A stretch of DNA of 64,000 bases, taken from assembly GCA_028288085.1 (NCBI GenBank), contig JAQBOK010000023.1:19-64018 (forward strand), written 5' to 3'. The position numbers and the translations under genes were made by a program. The notes under the pieces are model-generated. The model searched no databases and had not been told where the DNA came from. It saw nothing but the letters and a program-made list of their open reading frames with translations. This document shows, piece by piece, positions 19,295-29,034 of this stretch (the first letter of the stretch is position 1; each line of letters opens with the position of its first letter). The stretch comes from Mucilaginibacter sp. (lineage in GTDB: Bacteria; Bacteroidota; Bacteroidia; Sphingobacteriales; Sphingobacteriaceae).

Positions 19295-20557
19295 ATGAAC
19301 AAGGTACTTTCAGCTATTTTTATTTCCCTGATATCGCTCGGTTGCTCAAAAAGCAATTCACCCGGTAATCCCATACCAATTACGCCCGTAAAACCGCCGG
19401 ATACCGTTACTACTGTAACTACAGGAGGCGCAAAAGCAGTTAACAAAACCAATACGCAAAAAGTATATGTACACTATATGGCCTGGTTTGAGGATCCAAC
19501 CACATCAGGCACCGGGCATTGGGGACAGCACTGGACAATGGCCAACCAGAACCCGGATATCACATTAAGCAATGGCAGAAGACAAATAGCCTCCTGGTTT
19601 TACCCAATGATAGGCCCTTATGCCAGCTCAAACCGGGATGTGATCGATTATCACTTACTATTGATGAAATATGCCGGTATTGATGGTGTAATAGTAGATT
19701 GGTATGGCACACATAATGTATTAGACTATCCATTGGTAAAACGGAATACCGATTCGCTGTTTAACCGTGTACCCGGCGCCGGTTTACAGTTTGGTATTTG
19801 CTATGAAGATGCTACACTTGGCAAAGTGAAATCTGTTGCCGGAATTGATACGATAACCGCTGCCAATCAGGATTTTACTTACCTGCAATCAAATTATTTT
19901 AATAGCAGCAGTTATATAAAAATCAACAATCAGCCACTGTTGCTTTGCTTTGGCCCGCAAGGCATGAAAAAAACCGGCGACTGGCAGCAGGCCTTTTCGG
20001 GATTAACTACACAGCCACGTTTATTATCGCTGGAGTACCAGGGCAATATTACGGGCAGCGCCGGAAGTGGCGAATTTGCATGGGTTAGTTCAACCAGCCT
20101 GGCCGATCTGCAGGGATTTTACCAAAATCGGGCGCCTCAGATAGGGACTGCTTTTGCAGGCGCATATCCCGGTTTTAAAGATTTTTACATGCCGGGCGGT
20201 TGGGGTAATACCCTTTTTGTTATCGACCATAATGGTACATCTACCTTACAAAGCACACTCAATGCAGCTAAAGGCAGTAACCTGCCCAATCTGCAACTGA
20301 TTACCTGGAACGATTATGGCGAGGGCACCATGATAGAACCTACACTGGATTTTAATTTCGATTTCCTAAAAACCATTCAGCAATACACAGGTGTTACCTA
20401 TACCCAAATCGAATTGCAACTGATATACAAATGGTATACCCTGCGTAAAAAGTATGCGGGCAACATAGCAATTCAGCAAAAGCTCACTAATGCTTATAAT
20501 AGCTTGGTAGCGTTGGATGTGGCTACGGCTACCACTATCATATCGGGCATCAATTAA
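19295..20557 (+). CDS. GH99/GH71-like glycoside hydrolase lipoprotein
   Basis: Start moved to MNKVLSAIFISLISLGC (lipobox); VYVHYMAWF, FYPMIGPYAS, MKYAGIDGVIVDWYG, LITWNDYGEGTMIEP. Confidence 0.78.
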   Translation: MNKVLSAIFISLISLGCSKSNSPGNPIPITPVKPPDTVTTVTTGGAKAVNKTNTQKVYVHYMAWFEDPTTSGTGHWGQHWTMANQNPDITLSNGRRQIASWFYPMIGPYASSNRDVIDYHLLLMKYAGIDGVIVDWYGTHNVLDYPLVKRNTDSLFNRVPGAGLQFGICYEDATLGKVKSVAGIDTITAANQDFTYLQSNYFNSSSYIKINNQPLLLCFGPQGMKKTGDWQQAFSGLTTQPRLLSLEYQGNITGSAGSGEFAWVSSTSLADLQGFYQNRAPQIGTAFAGAYPGFKDFYMPGGWGNTLFVIDHNGTSTLQSTLNAAKGSNLPNLQLITWNDYGEGTMIEPTLDFNFDFLKTIQQYTGVTYTQIELQLIYKWYTLRKKYAGNIAIQQKLTNAYNSLVALDVATATTIISGIN

Positions 20558-21050
20558 TTGGTAACAGTTTACTTTTCAGCAAAGGCAAATCATCCCAATA
20601 TACCCAATGTGGGTTTAGGTACCCACTCCCGTATTTAAGATAAAATGCCTGGTAGGGGTTTTCCGGGAAGATACCTGCACAAAGGCTTTTGGCATTATGG
20701 CTGATGAGCCATGGGAGCAGTTTTTTTAAAAGTTCGGTACCTATCCCTTTGCCTTGCTCATCTTTCAATACGTAAAAATTTTCTATTTCAGAGTCTTTAT
20801 GGCGATTGGTTAGGTGCCCGGCAATAAACCCAACAATGCGTCCTTCTTTTACAGCTTTAAAAACTATTCGTTCAGGTTTGGAGCTAGCCGGACTTTCGCC
20901 CCTGAAATAAGTTTGCCAACGATATAAGCGTATAGCAGGGTCAATTGAAACCTCTTCCATGTGCTCGGGGTAAGACTGTAATTTGCTTTCGATTTCAACC
21001 CCGGTCAATTCCTCAATATCCGCTTCAGACGCTATTTCTATGCTGATCAC
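20550..21050 (-). CDS. GNAT family N-acetyltransferase
   Basis: IENFYVLKDEQGKGIGTELL acetyl-CoA motif; AFYLKYG. Confidence 0.85.
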   Translation of the reverse strand: MISIEIASEADIEELTGVEIESKLQSYPEHMEEVSIDPAIRLYRWQTYFRGESPASSKPERIVFKAVKEGRIVGFIAGHLTNRHKDSEIENFYVLKDEQGKGIGTELLKKLLPWLISHNAKSLCAGIFPENPYQAFYLKYGSGYLNPHWVYWDDLPLLKSKLLPIN

Positions 21051-21095
21051 TTATTTTAATTTTTATCAGCAAATTTAAATAATTAACTGATTGAT

Positions 21096-21470
21096 TTATA
21101 GTTGTTTACAGTTTGGATTATGTCCTTTCTTCATCATCATTTTTACGGCTTCGGCTATAAACCTTTTGCCATTACTGTCCAGGTTAAGTTGTTGGTCGCC
21201 ATCATATAGTTCATACTTTACGCCGCCATGCCCATTGTTTTTGGCTTCCAGTTTTTTATCGTTATAGTGGTACTTCACATACCCACCGGGAGAAATATCC
21301 TGTATAGCTGTTCCATCACCATTAAAATATACAGTTCCGGCATACTCAATTTTCAAATAGCTGTTATTGCTATTCTCAACAATGGTAGTATGCTTTCCTC
21401 CAATATGGCAAGCGGCAACCACTAGGTTTGCCAAAGCCATAATTACAATTGCTATTCTTAATTTTTTCAT
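21096..21470 (-). CDS. Small hypothetical lipoprotein
   Basis: MKKLRIAIVIMALANLVVAAC lipobox; beta-rich body. Confidence 0.65.
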   Translation of the reverse strand: MKKLRIAIVIMALANLVVAACHIGGKHTTIVENSNNSYLKIEYAGTVYFNGDGTAIQDISPGGYVKYHYNDKKLEAKNNGHGGVKYELYDGDQQLNLDSNGKRFIAEAVKMMMKKGHNPNCKQL

Positions 21471-21615
21471 TTCAGTGTTCGATTTGTTATTGCAAACATA
21501 TGTAAAATATTAGTACTATCCAATACATAGTACTGTAATAATTAAAATATCTTTTGTGCTTGGCAAAATGATTAAATAAAAAGGATATTTACTTTAAATA
21601 TTATCAAACCCGGTT

Positions 21616-23205
21616 ATGAGAAAATTATGTTTCACTTTATTAGTGCTTACTCTTGCTGCCCACACCATTGCAATAGCCCAGATTACAAAAGTAAAAAGTG
21701 CCAATGGCGAACTGGAAGGAACAGCCAACGCTACAACATCAGTTAGCAGTTTTAAAGGAATACCCTTTGCACAGCCGCCAGTAGGCAATTTGCGCTGGAA
21801 AGAACCGCAACCTGTTCAAAATTGGAACGGTGTGCGCAAGGCCGATCACTTTGGCCCAAAAGCCATGCAAAAAAATGTGTTTAGTGATATGGTTTTCCGT
21901 TCAGACGGTACGAGTGAAGACTGCTTATACCTGAATGTATGGACCCCGGCCAAATCCTCAAAAGAGAAATTGCCTGTGCTTGTTTATTTCTATGGTGGCG
22001 GTTTTGTTGCCGGCGATGGCTCTGAGCTCCGTTATGACGGCGAAAACATGGCGCAAAAAGGCATTGTAACGCTTACGGTTAACTATAGGCTTGGTGTGTT
22101 CGGTTTTATGGCACACCCCGAGCTAACAGCTGAATCGCCACACCATGCATCAGGTGATTACGGTCTTCTGGATCAGCACGCCGCTTTGCTTTGGGTGCAA
22201 AAAAATATATCCGCATTTGGTGGCGATCCAAAAAGGGTAACTATAGCGGGTGAATCGGCAGGGTCAATCGCTGTATGTGCGCAAATGGCGTCGCCATTGT
22301 CTAAAGATCTGATCGCAGGTGCTATTGGCGAAAGCGGCGCAATGATCAAGCCAACCTTACCAGCTATTCCGCTTGCTGATGGAGAAAAGAATGGCGTCGC
22401 TTTTGCTCAAAAAGTAAACGCACCGTCACTTGCTGCACTGCGCGCCATCCCGGCAGATCAGTTACTTGAAATGGCTTCAAAACAGGGCATGCCACCTATG
22501 GCACCAACTGTAGAGGGGTACTTCTTACCCAAAAATACTACTGAGATATTTGCTGCAGGCGACCAGGCCCGTGTACCTTTACTGGTGGGCTGGAACTCGG
22601 CCGAAGTGCCTTATCCGTCATTAATGTGGGGCGATGCGCCCACACCAGAAAACTATGTGAAAAAATTAAAACAGTTGTATGGTGATCATGCCGATGAAGT
22701 TTTGAAATTATATCCCGGGACCACACAAGATGAGGTGATCAAATCAGCGACAGAACTGGCCAGCGACAGGTTTATTGCTTACAGTACCTGGAAATGGGCC
22801 GATCTGCAGGCTCAGACAGGAGGCAAACCCGTTTATAGCTACATATTTGGGCACCCGCGGCCTGCAATGGTAAATGCCGCGTCTGCTGATGCTGCTAACA
22901 AAATGCCGCCGTCTTATGCGGGCGCTTCACACGCATCTGAAATTGAATATGCTTTGGGCAATCTTGCCAGTAATAAAGTATTTGCCTGGACACCTGACGA
23001 TTATAAAGTTTCGGCAACGATGGAAAACTATTTTGCTAACTTTATTAAAACCGGTAACCCTAATGGAGCAGGCCTGCCAGAATGGTCTGCTAACAAAGGT
23101 AACAGTGTTAGCCAATACATGATCATTAATGTAAATACCACTTTGCAGCCTGATCAAAATCGTGCGCGATATTTATTTTTAGACCAGGTTTATACGAAGA
23201 AATAA
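21616..23205 (+). CDS. Type B carboxylesterase/lipase, secreted
   Basis: FKGIPFAQPP, SEDCLYLNVW, YGGGF, GESAG nucleophile, HASEIEY. Confidence 0.93.
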   Translation: MRKLCFTLLVLTLAAHTIAIAQITKVKSANGELEGTANATTSVSSFKGIPFAQPPVGNLRWKEPQPVQNWNGVRKADHFGPKAMQKNVFSDMVFRSDGTSEDCLYLNVWTPAKSSKEKLPVLVYFYGGGFVAGDGSELRYDGENMAQKGIVTLTVNYRLGVFGFMAHPELTAESPHHASGDYGLLDQHAALLWVQKNISAFGGDPKRVTIAGESAGSIAVCAQMASPLSKDLIAGAIGESGAMIKPTLPAIPLADGEKNGVAFAQKVNAPSLAALRAIPADQLLEMASKQGMPPMAPTVEGYFLPKNTTEIFAAGDQARVPLLVGWNSAEVPYPSLMWGDAPTPENYVKKLKQLYGDHADEVLKLYPGTTQDEVIKSATELASDRFIAYSTWKWADLQAQTGGKPVYSYIFGHPRPAMVNAASADAANKMPPSYAGASHASEIEYALGNLASNKVFAWTPDDYKVSATMENYFANFIKTGNPNGAGLPEWSANKGNSVSQYMIINVNTTLQPDQNRARYLFLDQVYTKK

Positions 23206-23223
23206 TACCAACCTTAATATATC

Positions 23224-23259
23224 AAGAGCTGTCTTAAAAACATTAAGGCAGCTTTTTTT
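23224..23259. terminator. Terminator between convergent genes
   Basis: AGCTGTCTTA...TAAGGCAGCT stem followed by a T run. Confidence 0.6.
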
Positions 23260-23260
23260 C

Positions 23261-24301
23261 TTAATTGAACTTTACCACCTCAAAGTTTGATGCAGCTATA
23301 CTTCCAAGCTTTTGCAATTCATCATTGTTCCAGCGTGAATCTGGTGCGCCGCTGATATACATATTACTGCCAATATCGGCTAATATCAGGCCGTATTTTT
23401 TCATCGCTTTTAGGATGATTTGTATGTGTGCAGGATAAACGCTGATATCGAAACTGGCTTTTAGCCTGATCTTTGCACCAAATGGCAGCGAATATGGCCC
23501 CCCTGAACTATTAACACTATGGCGAGCAGGGGCAATGTAGGCAGGTTTTACGTTTGATGACGAGAGTGTGAACTGGATAGGATGATTGATAGCACCTTTT
23601 ACTATTTCATCATACTTCACTAGCCCCGGGAAAATAGGAAGGCCCGCGGCATCCGCTGATGTCCAACCGGCCGGCCTAAACTGATCTGATGCCAAATTGT
23701 AAATAGCACCGCTTGATGCCGACCATTTTCCGCCGCTAACACTGGCGTTATATAATTCATAAAGCATTTTATTATCCTTATCTACCACCAGCACATGCGA
23801 GTCGCCCTGGCCGTTACCTTCAATGGGGGCGTTACTGGGGATAGGATAAGGGCCTGCGTCACTTTCGCTGCCATAATTGCCGTCATATGCATTTGCACGA
23901 AAGGTTACCTTAATTTTTGGTTGGCTTCCGCATACAACAACAAAAGGAATACCTACAGGCGCATTGTCCCATAAACCACTACCAAAATCGGCTTTTAAAT
24001 GTGATGTGCCTATCAAAGCTATGATCTGGCTGCTATAGGGATCAACCGCCGATGCGGAAATATCCTGGTTCCATGAATTATCCGCCGGGAAAATCGACAT
24101 GTTTTCAATATCCGATATCTGTGCATTACAGGTTGTTGTGGTGCTTGTGGAAATTCCGGTGGTTATTCCGGAAGTAGTACCGGATGTGTTACCTGTGGAT
24201 GTTCCGTTTTTAGCCGGGGTTGTATTTTCACTCTTATTGCAACTGAACAGCAATAAACCAAACAGAACAGATATTGCGAAGGTTCCCGGTCTTATATCCA
24301 T
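23261..24301 (-). CDS. Lipoprotein of unknown function with Thr/Gly/Ser linker
   Basis: Lipobox LLFSC, low-complexity TSTGNTSGTTSG linker, then a conserved-looking domain (FPADNSWN, ESDAGPYPIP, GDSHVLVVD, WTSADAAGLP). Confidence 0.75.
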   Translation of the reverse strand: MDIRPGTFAISVLFGLLLFSCNKSENTTPAKNGTSTGNTSGTTSGITTGISTSTTTTCNAQISDIENMSIFPADNSWNQDISASAVDPYSSQIIALIGTSHLKADFGSGLWDNAPVGIPFVVVCGSQPKIKVTFRANAYDGNYGSESDAGPYPIPSNAPIEGNGQGDSHVLVVDKDNKMLYELYNASVSGGKWSASSGAIYNLASDQFRPAGWTSADAAGLPIFPGLVKYDEIVKGAINHPIQFTLSSSNVKPAYIAPARHSVNSSGGPYSLPFGAKIRLKASFDISVYPAHIQIILKAMKKYGLILADIGSNMYISGAPDSRWNNDELQKLGSIAASNFEVVKFN

Positions 24302-24457
24302 AATTTAAAATTTATCAGCAATAAAGCCGTACTGTTTTCAACGTATTTTTCGGGCAAAAGTTGCTCAATAATTTAATTGTATAATGTAATAGGAAAAAAT
24401 ATTGAACTATTCCTGATATAACGGATATTTGGCTAATTTCAAGGCATCGCTAAAACT

Positions 24458-25252
24458 ATGAATGATATCCGTCAGCCCCGAACTGTAAATGTGACCCGTT
24501 ACGTTACACCATTGCGTGAAGGCGGTTCGCTGCCTGCTATTGCCGGGGCTGATGATGATTTTTTGTACGTGGTCAAATTCCGGGGCGCGGGGCAGGGGGT
24601 TAAGGCTTTGATAGCTGAATTGATCGGTGGTGAAATAGCCTTGGCATTGGGTTTCAAAGTGCCCGAGATTGTATTTGCCAACTTAGATACCGCTTTTGGC
24701 CGTACAGAACCTGACGAAGAAATACAGGACCTGCTCAAAGCAAGCGTGGGACTCAATCTGGGCTTGCATTATCTTTCAGGCGCTATAACATTCGACCAGG
24801 CGGTTACACCGGTATCCCCGAAATTAGCATCACAGATTGTATGGCTCGATTGCCTGTTGACCAATGTAGACCGTACCGCCCGCAACACCAATATGCTTAC
24901 CTGGAATAAAGAATTGTGGCTGATAGATCATGGCGCGGCGCTTTATTTTCATCATAGCTGGGACAATTGGGAAGAACAGGCCAAAAAGCCCTTTGTGCTG
25001 GTGAAAGATCATGTTTTATTGTCGGGGGCATCCGAACTGGTTGAAGTTGACACGGAATTTCGTGCGATCTTAAGTAACGATGTTATCCGTTCCATCGTTT
25101 CATTGATACCCGATGAATGGCTTAAGCACGAATGGCAGGATGCTACACCTGGTGAAATAAGGGAAGTTTATGCCAAATTTTTAGAATTACGTATCGCCTC
25201 ATCCGCGATCTTTGTAAAAGAAGCACAATATGCAAGAGAATCACTTATTTGA
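24458..25252 (+). CDS. HipA-like Ser/Thr kinase (HipA_2 type)
   Basis: PLREGGSLP, YVVKFRGAGQG, AELIGGEIA, NVDRTARNTNML, WLIDHGAAL. Confidence 0.85.
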   Translation: MNDIRQPRTVNVTRYVTPLREGGSLPAIAGADDDFLYVVKFRGAGQGVKALIAELIGGEIALALGFKVPEIVFANLDTAFGRTEPDEEIQDLLKASVGLNLGLHYLSGAITFDQAVTPVSPKLASQIVWLDCLLTNVDRTARNTNMLTWNKELWLIDHGAALYFHHSWDNWEEQAKKPFVLVKDHVLLSGASELVEVDTEFRAILSNDVIRSIVSLIPDEWLKHEWQDATPGEIREVYAKFLELRIASSAIFVKEAQYARESLI

Positions 25253-25613
25253 GTATGCCGTTATTCGCGTAGTGCCGCAGGTAGAGCGCGAAGAGTTCCT
25301 CAATGTAGGGGTGATTCTGTTTTGCCCCAAACTAAAATTTCTGCAATGCCTGTGCGCGGTGGATGAGGAACGTCTTTGTTCATTTTCCAGCAGAGTGGAT
25401 ATAGCAGATTTAAAAGGTCACCTTCATTCATTCGGAGAAATATGCCGCGGTAGTAAAACTGCCGGGCCAATAGCTCAACTTGATATGGCTTCACGTTTCA
25501 GATGGCTCACTGCCACCCGGAGTACGGTGGTGCAAAGTTCAAAAGTACATCCGGGCTTATGCATCGATCCTGCGGAAACCCTTGAAAAATTATACCGTCA
25601 ATTAGTGTTATAG
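25230..25613 (+). CDS. DUF3037-family protein
   Basis: FEYAVIRVVPQVEREEFLNVGVILFC...RFRWLTATRSTVVQ.S.VHPG; overlaps the kinase stop by 23 nt. Confidence 0.87.
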   Translation: MQENHLFEYAVIRVVPQVEREEFLNVGVILFCPKLKFLQCLCAVDEERLCSFSSRVDIADLKGHLHSFGEICRGSKTAGPIAQLDMASRFRWLTATRSTVVQSSKVHPGLCIDPAETLEKLYRQLVL

Positions 25614-25698
25614 CATTTCCAAAACGTCATTCTATCCGGGAATGAGGGGATTTTATAGAAGGAATAGCGGACTATGAAAGTTGTACTGGCAAATCAGG

Positions 25699-26055
25699 TT
25701 AACCCATAAAAAACTGCTGACTTATGATCTTGCCATCACTAACCCTGTAAACGCAAAGCTCTTCCATCTCTTTGCGGCCCTGTCCGGTTATATCAAAGTC
25801 CATACTAAGGCCGATGGTAAAATGGTTGCCGGCAATAATGGGTGCTGATACTTTGATCTGATGTATGGTAGTGCGGGAAAGGAATTGCTTTTCCCGCTCA
25901 ATCAAATTTGCTAATCCCTTTAATGGGGGTTGGCTGGCATAGTTAGGGTCAATGCTTTCTGCATCATCAGTAAACAATTGCTCATAAGCCTCAACAAACT
26001 TTTGCTCGCCTAATAAGGCGGTTAAGTGGTTTGCTATTTCATGAATGGTGTACAT
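25699..26055 (-). CDS. SnoaL/NTF2-like protein
   Basis: AYEQLFTDDAESIDP...KGLANL...EELCVYRVSDGKIISQQF. Confidence 0.8.
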   Translation of the reverse strand: MYTIHEIANHLTALLGEQKFVEAYEQLFTDDAESIDPNYASQPPLKGLANLIEREKQFLSRTTIHQIKVSAPIIAGNHFTIGLSMDFDITGQGRKEMEELCVYRVSDGKIISQQFFMG

Positions 26056-26078
26056 GAATAGGTAACCTGATTAATACT

Positions 26079-26456
26079 TTATTGTTTGGAAATCGCGCTT
26101 GATTTCCATTTATGATAAGTTAAATATGAAACTATCACTAATGCTAAAAAAATCAGTGGCATTATGCGGAAATTAACAGGATCGCCCGATGCCGTATGAG
26201 CTATAAATGCCGAAATAAAAGTAAGTGCAAATCCTGCATAGGTCCATTCTTTTATCCTGGTTGCAACAGGTGCAATTAGTAAAACCGCGCCTATCAGTTT
26301 AGCAATAGCCAGTTCAACCCTAAAATAATCTGGATAACCCAGGTGATGAAAAGCCTGTAGCATGGCGTCCTGTGTTAAATAAGCATAACTCGAATAAGCC
26401 ATCATTATCGCGACTAAAGAAGTTGTAGCCCAGTAAGTAATTTTAATTGATTTCAT
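26079..26456 (-). CDS. DoxX-like membrane protein
   Basis: Start moved to MKSIKITYW; HLGYPDYFRVELAIAKLIG...KEWTYAGF...HTASGD. Confidence 0.85.
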   Translation of the reverse strand: MKSIKITYWATTSLVAIMMAYSSYAYLTQDAMLQAFHHLGYPDYFRVELAIAKLIGAVLLIAPVATRIKEWTYAGFALTFISAFIAHTASGDPVNFRIMPLIFLALVIVSYLTYHKWKSSAISKQ

Positions 26457-26555
26457 TTTATTTTTTTGATGGACAAAACTAACTATATTTGATTGTAAAT
26501 TGTTAGTAGTATACAAAAGGTTAGTGGTAATCTTTTGGTTAGTTGTGTTAAAAAA

Positions 26556-26924
26556 ATGGAAAATCAGGTGATAGCAGAACCCCTACATTCGGAAGCAGAA
26601 TGTAAGAGATCTTTAACCGCAGTGGGCGATGCACTTTATGTGATCGGCGGAAAATGGAAGTTGAGGATAATAATAGCTTTACGCGAGGGCAATAAGCGCT
26701 TTAATGAATTGCAGCGTACAGTAACGGGTATTTCGGCAAGGGTATTATCTCATGAATTGAAGGAACTGGAACTTAACGGTTTTGTAAAGCGTAATGTTTA
26801 TACCCAAATACCAGTTATAGTTGAGTATGAGCTTACCGAGTATAGTAATAGTTTAAATGATGTACTTCAATCTTTAAGTGAGTGGGGGGCCATGCACAGG
26901 GATAAGATCAGGAGAGAAAGGTAA
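26556..26924 (+). CDS. HxlR-family winged-helix regulator
   Basis: IGGKWKLRII, RFNELQR, ISARVLSHELKELE, VEYELTEY; divergent from DoxX/SnoaL. Confidence 0.9.
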   Translation: MENQVIAEPLHSEAECKRSLTAVGDALYVIGGKWKLRIIIALREGNKRFNELQRTVTGISARVLSHELKELELNGFVKRNVYTQIPVIVEYELTEYSNSLNDVLQSLSEWGAMHRDKIRRER

Positions 26925-27029
26925 AGAAATGTTCCCAAAAAGGCTTTGTAATAAAAATTTTACAATTTTTGATCGCAAAGTAAACTTTCTCTGTTTCAGG
27001 TGCGTACAAGCTTTACCTTAACTATTGAA

Positions 27030-27386
27030 ATGAAAAGAGTTTTAATCATTGAAGACGAACAGGATATTGTAGATATAGCCACTATGATATTAGAGGATGA
27101 AGGATATGAAGTGTGCAGTTTTAGTAATTTTTTGGGATTTGAAGGAAGAGTTAATGCAAGCCGTGCAGACCTTGTACTTCTTGACCTTAACCTGAATGGC
27201 TATCACGGAAAGGATATTTGTAAATACATTAAGCAGAACGACAGTCTGAAGCAAACGAAAGTTGTTTTAATGTCGGCCAACCGCGATATTCAATTAGTGA
27301 AAGAGGAGGCGGGGGCAGATGCCTATATCTGTAAACCTTTTGACCTTATCGATTTCATACAAACCATAAAAACGCACATTAATTAG
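27030..27386 (+). CDS. Stand-alone response regulator receiver (CheY-like)
   Basis: VLIIEDE, LVLLDLNL, VVLMSA, YICKPF; ATG at 27030. Confidence 0.88.
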   Translation: MKRVLIIEDEQDIVDIATMILEDEGYEVCSFSNFLGFEGRVNASRADLVLLDLNLNGYHGKDICKYIKQNDSLKQTKVVLMSANRDIQLVKEEAGADAYICKPFDLIDFIQTIKTHIN

Positions 27387-27487
27387 CAGGTATACCATTT
27401 TCATGTCATAGTATTTAAATAAAACATTATTTAAATATGAAAGTTGTGATTGATATTTTAACTTTATAGTTACCTATATCACAAAAC

Positions 27488-27841
27488 ATGAGTAAAAGAA
27501 TATTACTGCTTGAAGATGAAGAAAAGATCCTCGAGCTTATACAGGAGATACTTGAAGCAGAAGGTTATAATGTAATAGCCTTTAAGCACTATGAATCTGT
27601 GGAGGATATTATTGAATTTGCCCCTGGATTAATATTGCTCGATATCAGGTTATCTGACGGATATGGTCACTTACTGTGCGAAGACCTTAAATCCAATCCA
27701 AAAACCACCCACATCCCTGTAATTTTGGTTTCAGGTGCCGATAACCTCGAAAAAATAGCACAGGATTATAAAGCTGATAATTATTTATCCAAACCATTTA
27801 GTGTAGATGAGTTGGTGAAAATGGTTAAGCAATATGATTAA
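27488..27841 (+). CDS. Stand-alone response regulator receiver (CheY-like)
   Basis: ILLLEDE, LILLDIRL, VILVSG, YLSKPF. Confidence 0.88.
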   Translation: MSKRILLLEDEEKILELIQEILEAEGYNVIAFKHYESVEDIIEFAPGLILLDIRLSDGYGHLLCEDLKSNPKTTHIPVILVSGADNLEKIAQDYKADNYLSKPFSVDELVKMVKQYD

Positions 27842-27976
27842 GAATTATATAAGCAGCAGCAAGTGCCGACCAGGGCATTAATTCAATATTTTCAGCATCA
27901 CATCTATCTTAACATATTCAAATATCAGGCTCTTGGCCGACGGATTGTTTTTTTGTCACTTTAATAAAAATTGGAC

Positions 27977-28729
27977 ATGAAAAATTTAGCAGGGAAAACA
28001 GCAGTAATAACAGGTGGCAATAGCGGCATAGGACTGGCCACAGCCCATGAATTTATAGCGCAGGGGGCTAAAGTAATTATTACCGGGCGTAACGAAAAAG
28101 CGCTGAATGAGGCCGTAGCTCAATTAGGTGATAATGCTTATGCTATTGCATCTGATATGGGCGATATGCAGCAGATCAGGCAGTTAAATCAACAGGTTAA
28201 GGCCATTGTACCTGGTATTGATATTATTTTTGTAAATGCCGGTATTGGTAAATTTAACCAGTTGGAAAGCATGACCGAAGAAATGTTTGATGAGATCATG
28301 GACATTAACTTTAAAGGTGCTTATTTTAGTCTGCAGCAATTATTACCGCTTGTAAACAACGGAGGTTCTATTATTATAAATGCCTCAATTAACGCGCATA
28401 TAGGCATGGTCGGGGCAAGTGTATATGCGGCCAGCAAAGCAGCAATACTTTCTTTAGCCAAAAACTTATCGGCTGAATTGCTGCCGAGAAAAATAAGGGT
28501 GAATGCGATAAGTCCGGGCCCTGTAGGTACACCTTTGCATAGTTCCGAAAAGCTGGGCATTAATAAAGAGCAATTAAAAAGCATGGATGAAGACACTGTT
28601 AAGCAAGTTCCGTTGGGCCGGTATGGAACAGCCGAAGAAATAGCTAAAATAGTTGCCTTCTTCGCTTCTGACGACTCTTCATTTATTCTGGGCGCTGAAT
28701 TGATTGCAGACGGCGGCATGGCATTATAA
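27977..28729 (+). CDS. SDR family oxidoreductase
   Basis: TGGNSGIG, VNAG, YAASK, NAISPG, ADGG. Confidence 0.93.
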   Translation: MKNLAGKTAVITGGNSGIGLATAHEFIAQGAKVIITGRNEKALNEAVAQLGDNAYAIASDMGDMQQIRQLNQQVKAIVPGIDIIFVNAGIGKFNQLESMTEEMFDEIMDINFKGAYFSLQQLLPLVNNGGSIIINASINAHIGMVGASVYAASKAAILSLAKNLSAELLPRKIRVNAISPGPVGTPLHSSEKLGINKEQLKSMDEDTVKQVPLGRYGTAEEIAKIVAFFASDDSSFILGAELIADGGMAL

Positions 28730-28892
28730 GTGTTATAAGATGCTGAGCTATTGCCAAACCCCGCCATTAATTTCACGCGACTTTTGTTTTGTGATTAAAA
28801 TAAACAAGTGATATTAATTAAAAAAAAGCAGTCAGGGTAGCCCCATCGATGGTGTGACCTCTTAAAATGTTGGATTTGATAATTAGAATTTC

Positions 28893-28900
28893 TACATTTG
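28893..28900 (+). promoter_or_regulatory. -7 promoter element TACATTTG upstream of the MATE leader
   Basis: Matches TAnnTTTG. Confidence 0.5.
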
Positions 28901-28919
28901 TTTTATCAACCAACGCGTC

Positions 28920-28952
28920 ATGATAGTAGCAATAGTCCGTATGAGGTTTTAA
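28920..28952 (+). other. Candidate leader peptide MIVAIVRMRF upstream of MATE
   Basis: 10-codon uORF just after the -7 element, overlapping a TAGTCC/GGACTA stem. Confidence 0.3.
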
Positions 28953-29034
28953 CCGGGGACTAAAATTTCTGACTCACTTTCTTCAGCATTCCGCTGAATA
29001 GTTTCACTATTTATTATTACTATCTTTTATTTAT

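Noticed and set aside
24458-25613. Canonical hipBA toxin-antitoxin pair
   Set aside because: No upstream HTH antitoxin; the partner is DUF3037.
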